From Antedon mediterranea (lineage: Eukaryota > Animalia > Echinodermata), in the NCBI RefSeq assembly GCF_964355755.1, contig NC_092677.1:4982101-5046100 (forward strand): DNA of 64,000 nucleotides. Reading direction: 5' to 3'. The notes below the pieces were generated by a model, which was not told the DNA's origin, did no database searches, and was given only the letters and a program-made list of their open reading frames with translations. Position numbers and translations under genes: made by a program. Below, piece after piece: positions 50,401-59,800 of the stretch. Each line of letters starts with the position of its first letter. The stretch's first letter is position 1.

Positions 50401-53400
50401 GTTTGAAGGAAACTCCTTCATGATCACTGTCGACACCTGGGTGAGGTTGAATATCAGCTACCATGACTCAGTACTACTAGAGTAAACATGATCGATAATT
50501 GTATTAGCCGAATTCGTATTGTAATGCGTGTAAAAGTTAGCACATCGCCTTAGATTTAAAACGTCTACTGTGCTTTGCATATTTCGTTGTTCCGTTGAAA
50601 TTGTGCCAGTAGATTTAAAATTAATGTTAAGGTCACCTGCAATAATAACTGTACAAATGTATGATGAATATTTAAGACATGGTGTCGCACGCAAATCCTC
50701 ATGTACCACAACAACAACACCACCTCCTTGGCGATTGCGATCCTTTCTAAAAACAGCATATTCTTTGGGGAAAATTTCAGTGGAATTTATATGACCATCT
50801 AGCCATGATTCAGTCATAAAAAGGATGTAAATTGTTTCGGCTACAAGCACTGATTGTAAACGCAATGACTTTTTTACAATGCTGTGAGCGTTGATATTTA
50901 AACAATTAACGCCACCTTTAAGTGCATAGTTGGCTACGTAACCACCGAGTCGCATACCTTCGTCTCAAACATGTTGTGCATTTTGTGGTCCAGGGTTTTC
51001 TTCAATATCTCCACATATGTATAGATTATTTAGGAGACTTTTCCGTAAAATGTTTGAAATGAAGAAGTAGAATTATCATACCTCTTATAGGGTGCAGAGT
51101 AATGGCCATGCTTGGTATGCCGTAAAAATCTAGGCCTAGGTCGAAATTGTAGTGGTGATTCATACCAACAGTCTCTGCTGCGACTAGATGAGTTAGGATG
51201 GACAACATATGATAAGTATTGGGCTCGGACCACATAAACATCCACAACGTATAAACATATCAATGCTAGGCATATTATGTTAATTCGGTAAATAATAGTA
51301 GTAGCCATAGCTAAAATCGTATGACTTAACACTATCCAGGAGCGGGAGATTTAACACGTCCGCTCACGACGAGTAATGTAAAATGTCCATAAGTAATACT
51401 AACATTGTGTAATTGTAATATATAAAAATACAGGACTATCCAGTTTATTTCTCTCTAGATCTATTAAAAATTGTACATATATAAGATCTATTAAAAATTG
51501 TACATATATAAACAATATATTTCCTTTACTTTTCAGATACTGTGACAGTTCATCTCAAAAGCACTAAAGGTCCACCACATCCACAGTATGTTGTAGACAT
51601 GTTTGAGGGCATTTTTGGTGAAAAAGATGTTATACATGCTGAAGATTTGCCTGATCAAAGTGATAAAGTTAAAGAACTGGTACAATTGATAAAAGACATT
51701 GGATTTACCATTAATTCCCTTGAACGGAATTGTATAAGATTTCATCTTTGTCCTATACATCCAAGGGCTGTATTATTCATGTGGAACTTTTTTACTAGAG
51801 GAAGGTTTCTGTCATCTTTAAGTGAAATATTAGTTCCTGAAGAACATCAGCCTGAATTTATTGATCAATGGAATTTACAGATGGATGAACCGCCATATGG
51901 TAAGTAAACAAATTTGATCCAATTCGGCCCTAAACCGTCTCGGCCAACGTAAAGTCGGCCCCAAGTCAACTCGGCCCCAAGTCAACTCGGCCCCACGTCA
52001 ACTCGGCCTTAAGTCAACTTGGCCTCAAGTCAACTCGGCCTCACGTCAACTCGGCCAAAAACTAATCCGTCAACTCGGCCTCTAAAAACTATGGAACGCA
52101 AAAAGTGCTAATATAGTAGTTAATATTATAATGGCAAGATAAACATCACAGTTCGGTTAGGACTAGGGCCTACATAATAGATGAAATAAAACGAAAAATT
52201 CAATATAAATTATAACACACTATTGTTTTTGATAGGTAGAATTTATTTATATTGTTTGAAATAAATAAATAAATATTTCTTCACATTTTGTATACAGAAA
52301 TAACTGTGGAAGACATTTTAATGAATAATATTTAAACAATATACTTCGGTCTACAACTGTATATATACATCAATATAAAAAGAATAAAATAACATTAAAA
52401 TCGTAACAAATCAAAAGGCAAGAACACAAATTGTATAAGCATTATGGGTATAGGTTACATGCACACACACCCAAACATGAATGTGCATTATTTTCAATTA
52501 GGCGCGCCTTACAGGTTTTTTTGTATGACATTTTTATTTTCATTTCGTTTCTACTTCATAATTATTCATAATTAATACGGTACACCATGGGAAGAGAGAA
52601 ATTTGCTTCTATGACAGTCCATGTTGTTATTTCTCTTAATTTTAAGGTATTGCTCTTTCAAACAAAGTATCACATGATACTGACGTTTGTATATAACTGT
52701 TATTTGGCTAAATAACTGTATATTCTCATGACTAAAGGGGCATTCACACCTGTTCTGTTTCACGGAACAGAGAACGGCACCGTTCTGTTAGAAAATCGAA
52801 AAGCGTTAAAACAATAGCAGCGTTTACACCAAATCTGTTCCATGAAAAACGAACGGCCGGTGAAAAACAACGGAATTGACAGATCGCTCATAACTTGTAG
52901 TTTATTATGTCAAGGTCATGAAGTTAAAAAAGTGCGGCAGGAATTGGAGAGACATCTGATTACGAGGGGATGTGATTGTGATTTTAATTTATTAAATTAT
53001 GGATTCATGGAATTTGTCATGGTGTGTGTTGTTACTATCATCGGGAATCTTGTGCCCCGTTTTGTAATATCATCTTTAATTAAACTGACAAGATGACCGT
53101 ATTGATGGAGCGGCATTCTAAAATAATTGAAGAATTCGTCTTCATTGGTCGCCAGTTACGTTTTACCAATGTTTAAAATTGACCAAACCTCTTTCTTTCG
53201 GAACAGACCTCGTTTACCCATTTTCTTTTTCTTCTTTTGGCTAAAATTATAGCGGAAAGAATAATCTCTTCCTCACTATCATCCGATGACCATCCAGAAA
53301 CGGCTGCCATTTTAACGTTTACCCGTTGTCACTGAATACGTCACAAAACAGAACAGGTGTGAATGTTTACAACGGAACGGCGAGCGGCTCGCGTCACGTT

Positions 53401-55531
53401 GAACAAAACGGCGCCGCCTTCCGTTCCGCGAAACGGAACAGGTACTGTGGGAATGCCCCTTTAGGTGATCAATTTTATTGAACAATACAGGGCGCGGTGG
53501 GTGTTAAAAAAACAGATTAGAATGCTAAGGCAATAGTATGTTGTTTAGGAATTCCGTTTTTTAGGACTCAAACAAGATGTTTTAGTTTTTGCTTGACAAA
53601 ATAAAAATACGCCATTTTTTCCATGACGATTTCTTCAGTGTGTTTTAGATTAATTTCCCATACATAAAATGTATTCATTGGATTCTCCATTATAATCAAA
53701 TCACAAAAGTAATAAAAACAATTTGAATAGCGCACAATTGCAATAGAACTTTAACATGACAAAACATTCCGAATTTGTTTCCATAATCTCTTCGGTGTAG
53801 TTTGATTGACATCGTCATTGTACCCCCGAAAGATTTCGTTACTGTAATATACCATTTTAATGTCACATATTATAGTTATTCACTTTGACCGTAACATATT
53901 GCTAATAATTTGAGAGAGAATATATACACAAAAAAAACATTTTTATTTTACTGTATTAATTTTAATCTAATAATATCTATATAATATAATGGGCCTTCTA
54001 AGAATATTTCGATTCTTTCTGGGAACATCCTTGTATCAAAAAATAGATCTAACAAACATTTAAACAATTTACATTGATATTTCGGTTTTATTTCGTCTAT
54101 TATGTAGGCCTATATCGTACTATATCCTGCCATTGTAATAAATGAATTACTATATTAGCACTTTTTGCGTTCCATACTTTTTAGAGGCCGAGTTGACAGA
54201 TTAGTTTTTTGGCCGAGTTGACTTGAGGCCGACTTGACATGGGGCCGAGACAGTTTAGGGCCGAGTTGACCTGCACCCAAGTAAACTAATTCTTAACAAA
54301 TTGCATTCAACATCTTCAGAAAGTGCTAGACCGACCGAACAATTTCTTTAATCAAGATAGTATTAACTTGTATTATAATTGATTAAATTTTATCACATTG
54401 TATTATTTAATGATTCTACTAAGGTACAAAACATTATTTAAAATTAATTATTAATATTTATTCTGAATTTTGAAGTGGTTAAACAATTTTTCTGTAGTGA
54501 GTTGCTTAATTTTCAAAATAATCCTCCGACAGGTAGTGGCCTAATTAATGTTATCCATGTGTTTATGTTTTATAACAATTAATATAAATTCTGAAATCCT
54601 TCCACACTTTCCATAATGCTTTTTTCCATCTGCATATTTTATACATAACCTATTTTTTTCAATTGGGAAAATGTATTGTAAAACAAAGCAAGTAAAATAT
54701 TCATTTATTTCACTGGCCTCGGACACTCTTTGTTTTCAGAAGTTGAAACAATTACATCTGAACCATCATCACAAGCAACCGCATTCACAAGTAAGTTTAC
54801 TCTAGCTGTTTGCTATTATTTTTATAGAGTATAATAATATATTACAGTATTAGAATTGTTATTTCTTATTTAGCACACACTGATGTGCAATAAATTTACT
54901 ACCACTATAGTTAATGCAGGCAATTATTCTATTATTCTATTCTTATTGTGATAATTTTTATTCAATATATACTACATGTATCATTATCCCTTTATCTCTA
55001 AAGAATATGGTACAACAGATATTAATTCGCTGATTGTGGAAGTTGATACATTCTGGGGAGAACTTGGAGATGTTAATCTCTTGAAATTATTGCTATATGA
55101 GTTTAAAAGTAATATAGCATTAATTAAAATACAGAATGGTGAAGATGCACATGATCTGTTCAGACTACTTATTGGCCCAGGGATTATCAGCGATTCCGAT
55201 GTAACTGTTCTTATTGAAGCTGTCTTTTTGGCTTGTTTGTTTGGTTTAGCATCAAAAATTAAAGATAGGCTGGTACCATCATTTGAAGGATTTGAGGGTT
55301 TTGTGGTTCATAAATTCTCAAAGTATCGACAAGATTTAATCACCTTTGGTTTGACAATGTGCAAAAAGACATGGGAAAAGTTACAAAAACAATACTATTC
55401 TATAAAGCCAAAAGACCATTGGGATTTGATCTTTAACCTTGAAATAAATGGTAAATTGAAAGATTTAGTTCAAAATATTGATATAGAGACACCAGAGTAC
55501 AAGATCCTCCTGGAAGCATTGGGTACATCTG
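11764..55531 (+). CDS. Multi-exon gene: 4x Ig-like + S/T-rich linkers + TRADD-N-like + tandem DED-like protein (5' and 3' ends uncertain)
   Basis: In-frame GT-AG exon chain: 11764-11791, 12059-12077, 14819-14856 (micro-exons, lower confidence), 31226-31546 (Ig1), 32050-32367 (Ig2), 33700-33744, 36679-36831, 37536-37868 (Ig3), 43064-43213, 43491-43823 (Ig4), 47144-47278, 51537-51899, 54740-54790, 55004-55531. Every exon from Ig1 onward is phase 1-1 with no stop. Further candidate micro-exons lie at 1029-1050, ~11173-11212 and 11283-11319. Confidence 0.75.
12190..13590. repeat. Unclassified interspersed element with TTATCCGCA/TGCGGATAA inverted ends
   Basis: GGTTATCCGCAC near 12192 and GTGCGGATAATC near 13575, with internally duplicated motifs. 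No TSD resolved. Confidence 0.35.
14939..15273. mobile_element. Tc1/mariner-pogo-type MITE
   Basis: CAGTAAAACCCC ... GGGGTTCTGCTG followed by TA; the left TA has mutated. Confidence 0.5.
18095..18471. repeat. Internal inverted repeat; partner copy at 28393-28784
   Basis: Near-identical reverse complement over ~370 bp, with one ~20-bp indel. Confidence 0.85.
19347..23116 (-). CDS. EnSpm/CACTA transposase (Transposase_21-like), ~10 exons, lacking the HxxxH...E catalytic segment
   Basis: Spliced minus-strand exons give an N-terminal YCERC..CGC motif, TLNT/DGVSIF (D1), LWPVY..INELP, VCVDLPARA (D2), GCNIC, DWMHCVLLG and WKASECREWL. ATG at 23116, stop at 19347-49. Confidence 0.85.
24328..29544 (+). 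CDS. Transposon accessory protein with a C-terminal BEN domain, 15 exons
   Basis: Open in-frame exons start at 24328, 25229, 25754, 26181, 26413, 26677, 26823, 27006, 27188, 27362, 27503, 27773, 28197, 28959 and 29423. The C-terminus EKLALSLLEMVVTRDECAEITVYG...QPLAENKRKALRSHIF...WEEIVKKLNDKIR fits the BEN pattern. A basic NLS-like stretch KKKQERKRK is present. Confidence 0.75.
26630..27255 (+). repeat. Tandem exon+intron repeat (146-183-bp units), four 42-nt exons encoding SPPV(N/K)QLDFPIVxK
   Basis: Four copies of TTTCAG|AGCCCyCCAGTAAAkCAATTGGACTTCCCCATTGTGrAkAAG|GTATG. Confidence 0.85.
31226..31546 (+). CDS. Host gene exon, Ig-like domain 1
   Basis: IAWYKQ ... DAGKYICEV ... LTLIVK; phase 1-1, 321 nt. 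Confidence 0.85.
32050..32367 (+). CDS. Host gene exon, Ig-like domain 2
   Basis: IEWYKH ... DAGIYICKV ... KLTVE; phase 1-1, 318 nt. Confidence 0.85.
32929..33260 (+). mobile_element. tRNA-derived SINE with a Deu/Nin-type central domain
   Basis: A-box-like TGGCC...GCGG and B-box GGTTCGAGCC, then TAACCGTAGGTCC...TGCACTTTAAAGAACC...TTTCGAGACGAGTAGGGG, which resembles the Deu-SINE core. Confidence 0.6.
34003..35918 (-). mobile_element. Non-autonomous Helitron, head-to-tail dimer (34003-35093 and 35094-35918)
   Basis: Each unit on the minus strand starts TCTATATA and ends CTAG after the hairpin GATGGTACGC...GCGTACCATC. The units abut directly at TATATAGA|CTAG and have near-identical bodies. Confidence 0.75.
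36050..36440. repeat. Degenerate GGGTAGTTGTCCTA minisatellite (related tracts at 37250-37480 and 43335-43390)
   Basis: Tandem ~18-20-bp units; probably relic MITE arms duplicated along with the exon units. Confidence 0.7.
36679..36831 (+). CDS. Host gene S/T-rich linker exon (paralogs at 33700-33744, 43064-43213, 47144-47278)
   Basis: TAG|CTCAA...AAGTTACCAT|GTAAG in all four copies; encodes QESGVD...TTERESEKKPTSMYATTTT...KKLP. Confidence 0.8.
37536..37868 (+). CDS. Host gene exon, Ig-like domain 3
   Basis: IKWYKQ ... DAGIYKCEV; phase 1-1, 333 nt. Confidence 0.85.
39186..42945 (+). mobile_element. L1/Tx1-clade LINE, 5'-truncated and inactive
   Basis: APE motifs (KGVAILL, NVYGPN, GDWN), RT motifs (KSPGTDG, WRPISLLN, DFEKAFDS, RQGDPLSP), C-terminal CSFC...HLFCKC, poly(A) at 42930-42945; several frameshifts. 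Confidence 0.9.
43491..43823 (+). CDS. Host gene exon, Ig-like domain 4 (recent duplicate of Ig3)
   Basis: Same length and splice sites as Ig3; DAGEYICEM. Confidence 0.85.
44051..45780 (+). mobile_element. RTE-clade LINE fragment with a nested LINE 3' end
   Basis: FIDYEKTFDSL, GVRQG, LEDLDYSDD, SVLLYGSETW and KWIGH motifs. The insert is absent from the paralogous intron near 38035. Confidence 0.8.
44350..44986 (+). mobile_element. 3' fragment of an L2/Rex-Babar-like LINE nested in the RTE
   Basis: LTWSNH..KKVNTRMYCLRQL...HP....SGRLR...TNRY..SFLP; AATAAA and a (TACTTGA)n tail; splits the RTE between SPFL and IDCIMK. Confidence 0.7.
49216..49451 (+). mobile_element. tRNA-derived SINE inserted in the CR1/L2 RT region
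   Basis: A box TGGCTTGGTGG, B box GGTTCAAGTCC, and an A-rich tail. Confidence 0.8.
50986..51012 (-). other. 2A-like ribosome-skipping motif GDIEENPGP
   Basis: Minus-strand translation LLNNLYICGDIEENPGP immediately upstream of the APE domain; matches D(V/I)ExNPGP. Confidence 0.8.
51537..51899 (+). CDS. Host gene exon, TRADD-N-like domain
   Basis: ERNCIRFHLCPIHPRAVLFMWNFFTRGRFLSSLSEILV resembles the G/N-S/C-I.F.L....AL..LW..Y..G.L...L.EIL signature of invertebrate TRADD-like N domains; phase 1-1, 363 nt. Confidence 0.6.
51910..54278. mobile_element. Repeat-armed MULE/foldback-like element
   Basis: Inverted arms of GTCAACTCGGCC units plus ~120 bp of further inverted homology; 8-bp TSD AAGTAAAC at 51902-09 and 54279-86. 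Confidence 0.75.
52736..53460. mobile_element. PIF/Harbinger-type MITE nested in the preceding element
   Basis: TIR AGGGGCATTC...GAATGCCCCT with TAA/TTA flanks. Confidence 0.7.
55004..55531 (+). CDS. Host gene exon, tandem DED-like death-fold region
   Basis: LLKLLL...DLFRLL..GIISDSDV..LIE....L..LASKI, then FSKYRQDLI...WDLIFNLE..G: two DED-like helical repeats; phase 1-1, 528 nt. Confidence 0.65.
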
Positions 55532-56896
55532 GTCAGTAAATTATATTGGGTGTTTACTGTATATAACAAGGTGTTAGAATGAAACTACTATTATTCTTTC
55601 TTGTAAGTTCATTTAGGAATGAATCATCTGCAGTATAGCATTTGAAATAATATTTATGATAGTATATTAGCTTGATGTATAATGTAGAGCAGATACATTC
55701 GTCCCTTTTTCTATCCGATCTTTCAATGAATCCTCTTTTGTATTTTTGTAAATTTTCAAATTCAATTTATAATGTAATATTAAATAATATATATTCCATA
55801 TCATTCAGTATTTAAAAAATGTTAATTAAGTTAATTAAAATAATAAAATAATTAATAAATAATAATAATAATAAAAAAATTCTTAATCTATATTCATCGA
55901 GAGTACATTTTGGATTCTCTGAACATACCATAACATTATGTACAATAATCAATAGTATATGAAGTTGGTACGTACATATGGTTCTAATTTTTACCACATA
56001 ATGAAAACCAGTACACTTAATTAAGTTATTGTCATTCCATGATAATATTGCATAAAGTAATGCATTGCTTACAAAATAGAACAAGAAAAATGAATAATTA
56101 ACGACGAAAATAGTATGATTCATTAGTTTTTTTATTTGCGGATTGTTAAAAGCGATTTTCTGATAAACAGAATGAATCAATGCATGACATGTACACTTAA
56201 TCGTTTATAGTATGAATTCACGTCATGTTTCATCGTTTTATGTCAAGATTTTTTTCCGAGACTCGATGTTTTTTTTACAGATATGATTCAGAAACAAAGA
56301 GTATAATAATGGAAAAACAAAACATTCACTATCCAAATAAAATATATCAAAGTACGGCACTTTGTTTATTAGGCCCACATATCACAGTACAACATTCTAG
56401 TATCGCATTTTTGCCAATTTGAAATTGCTTGCCTGTACTTGTTCAATTATAGTAGGCCTACAGTAGGTTTTTGCATATTTAATCGTGTGACTATTGGGTT
56501 CGTTTTATTTATTTGACCAGTATACATAATATAATAACATAGGCCTTTACAATGCAACATACAAAAACAGCGTTTTAACTCAAATGAGTCAGCTATTTGG
56601 TCTACAGGTTAATAATAATAACTAAAATTTAAATAAATGCAATACTAGTTTCATTAAAATGTGTCTACAAATGGTATTAACATTATTAAAGTAGAATTAG
56701 CATGTAAGGTCAGAGAGAAAGTTTAAAGTTACTATAGACTACTACTTTTTTATTATTTTACATAACTCTTTGTGTATGTTGCAGCAGTAACATAATTGCT
56801 ATCAAAATAGTGTAACAGAATTATGAACTGCGCTGAAATATCGATAACTTGTTCACCGTTTTACAGAATTTCGAATGCTATTGGTTGTATATTTAA

Positions 56897-59800
56897 AGAT
56901 GTATTGTCCCCCAAAAAAATGAAAAATAAAGATGAAAAAAATCAAATTTTGAATAGACCGTTTTGTAGTTAACATAAAGTTATTCACTTCCACCGAAAAA
57001 AAATCCGAAAAAAACATTGATTTCGCTTATAAAAAAATCAAAATAAGTTCACCATTTTTTCGAACTCATCGGCTCAGAAATTAGGCCGGTAGAGCTAACT
57101 CATACATATGCATGATATGCTAATGAGCATCCACACAGCAGAGATCTGATCTAACAATGGACGATGCACGTTGTATGTACAACACCACCACCAGAGATCG
57201 ACGCGACTCGACTGTGGGTTTCCCTGGCCTGATCGTATAAATATGTAAAGCTGAGCTGTTAATTTGTCGGTAAGTAGGCCTAGACGGTTATTTTAAATAT
57301 GATAATATATATAACGCGGATCAGGTGCCGTTTTCGGCCACCTCGACTTGTATGGACTATACCATTATAAAAAGATGGGAAAATAGGGGTGTCCCATTTA
57401 TTAATTGAGTGTGTTAATGTGTTAAAATACTGCTCCTTTTGTTCTTTTGTTTTTCTTGTTGTTTCAGCAACAAAGGGAAAACAACTACACCCTGCATGCT
57501 GTAGAATTAATTTCAGTTTTCAAGTTAATGCAGTATATTATGGCTCTTTATTTCTATATAATTTTTACAGATTTATAGATACAGAAAGTAGCCTATATAA
57601 AGAAAGTTTTTATTCCAGTTACAAATAAAAAATATAATTTACCTAACGATAACACAGTAGTACATTTAATAAAGATGACAGTAGTACATTTATCACATAC
57701 TGATTATTAGGTAATCAGTAAAACAAATAAACATTATCATTTTGTCAGTGAATCTGTACCATTTTGTTCCCAGAAAACACAGCGTTTGACATTGCATGTT
57801 TTTAGGTTTGGTCTTTCTAAAATGTTTTAAACACGTTTTTAAACGTTTCTGTGTAGAAATACATGTTTTAATTGAACAACGTTTGCATCAAAACGTTATA
57901 ATAGCGAATGTAAAACGGAGCTGATAATGTCGCCATGAAGAGGATGATTGGTGTCTTCCAATATAGCATGGAATACATCGGCAAGCTGTTCGCTGTAGAA
58001 GGAGTCAAGCATTTGCATACTAGACAAACCAATTACTTTCCACGCTCTACCCAGCACCTTCTCAATTCGGTCTTTATCCCCCTTACATTCCCTTACTGAT
58101 ATTCCTAGCCCAATATACAATATGCCCAAATAGAACATCACTGATTAGTAAAACATAAACATTCTATAGTACAAATATCCTGCTTTACCCCAAAGAACCG
58201 AGTTTCCTAGCTCAAGCAGTACAGCCTTAACTTCTTAACTACGATCAACATGTCCACCCATTTAGCTTTAGTCAAACACTACTGCCAGATACTTATCAAT
58301 AATTGTTAACAATCTCTACTTCCTTTACTTTAATTAATGTATACTGTCAGACCAATTATGTTTTCAAAAATCAATCCTTATTTCTTTCGTTTTATTTATG
58401 TTTAGTTCAAGAAAATAAAAAATGTGATTTATCTACCGATAGGATTGGGCCGATTAGAATGCATTTGCCAACATTCTTTTACATATTTCACAACATTATA
58501 GAGTTTAGGTAATTTAACCGATTGTAATGTAGTATTTAGGCCCTGTTTTAATTCCGATTGTATTGTAGTATTTAAGATTTTCTAATTTCGAATCCGATTG
58601 TACTAAAATTTAAAGTGTTTAAATCTAGATAGGAATAACATAGGCCTAGTATTTAATATGCTTTAATTTTGATTATACTGTAGTGTTTAGTTTAGTTTTT
58701 ATATATAATAAGTAAGTATACCTACTTATATAGTTTTTATTTATTTATTTATTCATAGGAATCACCTTTTCATTCATTCATTTCATTTATCTTTTTATTT
58801 CGGAATATCATGGTGACATAATATAATATCCATAGCAAAATAGAGAAAAAAAAATCTTAATCTTTATATCGGCGTCACACATTTATCAGTTAATGGTGCA
58901 TCCAATTTACAGACAAAATTACAAATAACATAAGCCACAAAGTTCTAAATACTAATACATAACATCAAAACAAAATGTAAACTAATTAATTAGATCTGTA
59001 TGAAAATACATAATACGTATATTGTACAATATATATAACTACAAAAATAAAAACAGAACAACAAAAATACAGGATAGGCCTAAGAAATAAATAAAACTTA
59101 CAGATACATCCTCATAGAGATGTCTGTAGCTTGTTTACTATATTATTAATCAATTAGTTGAGAGAGGTAATGTTGATAAAATTGTAGATCTAGTAACCCA
59201 TGCTTTCATTAAATATGTTTTACAATAAAAATCAAAGATTTTTCCTAATGTTTCATTTTCAGTGAATAAATTGTCTAGCATAAAGTGGTGTTTTAACTGA
59301 GGTCCACTGATTAAAATTATCCCGGTACATACTTAATTATTGTCTAACAGAGTTTAATGAAGGACATTTAAATAAAAAATGGTTTACTGTTTCTTTTTCG
59401 TTTGTACTGTACACATCTTACATAATCCTGTGTTATGATTTGACCAGGATTTTCTACGACCCTCAAGATCTAGAGAGTTTGATCTTGTTTTAAATTTTAA
59501 ATTGATACTCTTAAAATTAGTTTTATCTAACAAATATTGTTCAAGGTTTGGTTCCTTTATACATAGTATATTCCGTTAACGTTGTTTTGCATGGAATTTT
59601 GTTTTGCTTTGGGCCTTTGAAAACCACTCGTTATGATCAACTTGTTTATTATTTTTCCTAAATGGCTTTATCCAGTTAGTAGATGGTTCTTCATTAAATT
59701 TGTCTATACAATTTGTTTTATATAAAATATCTTTAGTTAATATAGTAATATTGTTACAAAATCTTGGCATTCCCTAACACAGTAGGCCTACCTAATAATA

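Larger units (their letters stand above)
47757..51372 (-). mobile_element. CR1/L2-type LINE, near full length and decayed
   Basis: APE motifs (NAHSI, TESWL, GGGV, GDLN, SDH), RT remnants (KSP, IIPIHKSG, YLGI, LETVQRR), AATAAA plus (ATGAT)n tail at 47757-47783, and a 5' 2A-like motif. Confidence 0.85.

Noticed and set aside
56281-56306. Possible terminal exon (DMIQKQRV-stop) of the host gene
   Set aside because: It has an acceptor-like context but no independent support; the gene may continue beyond the window.
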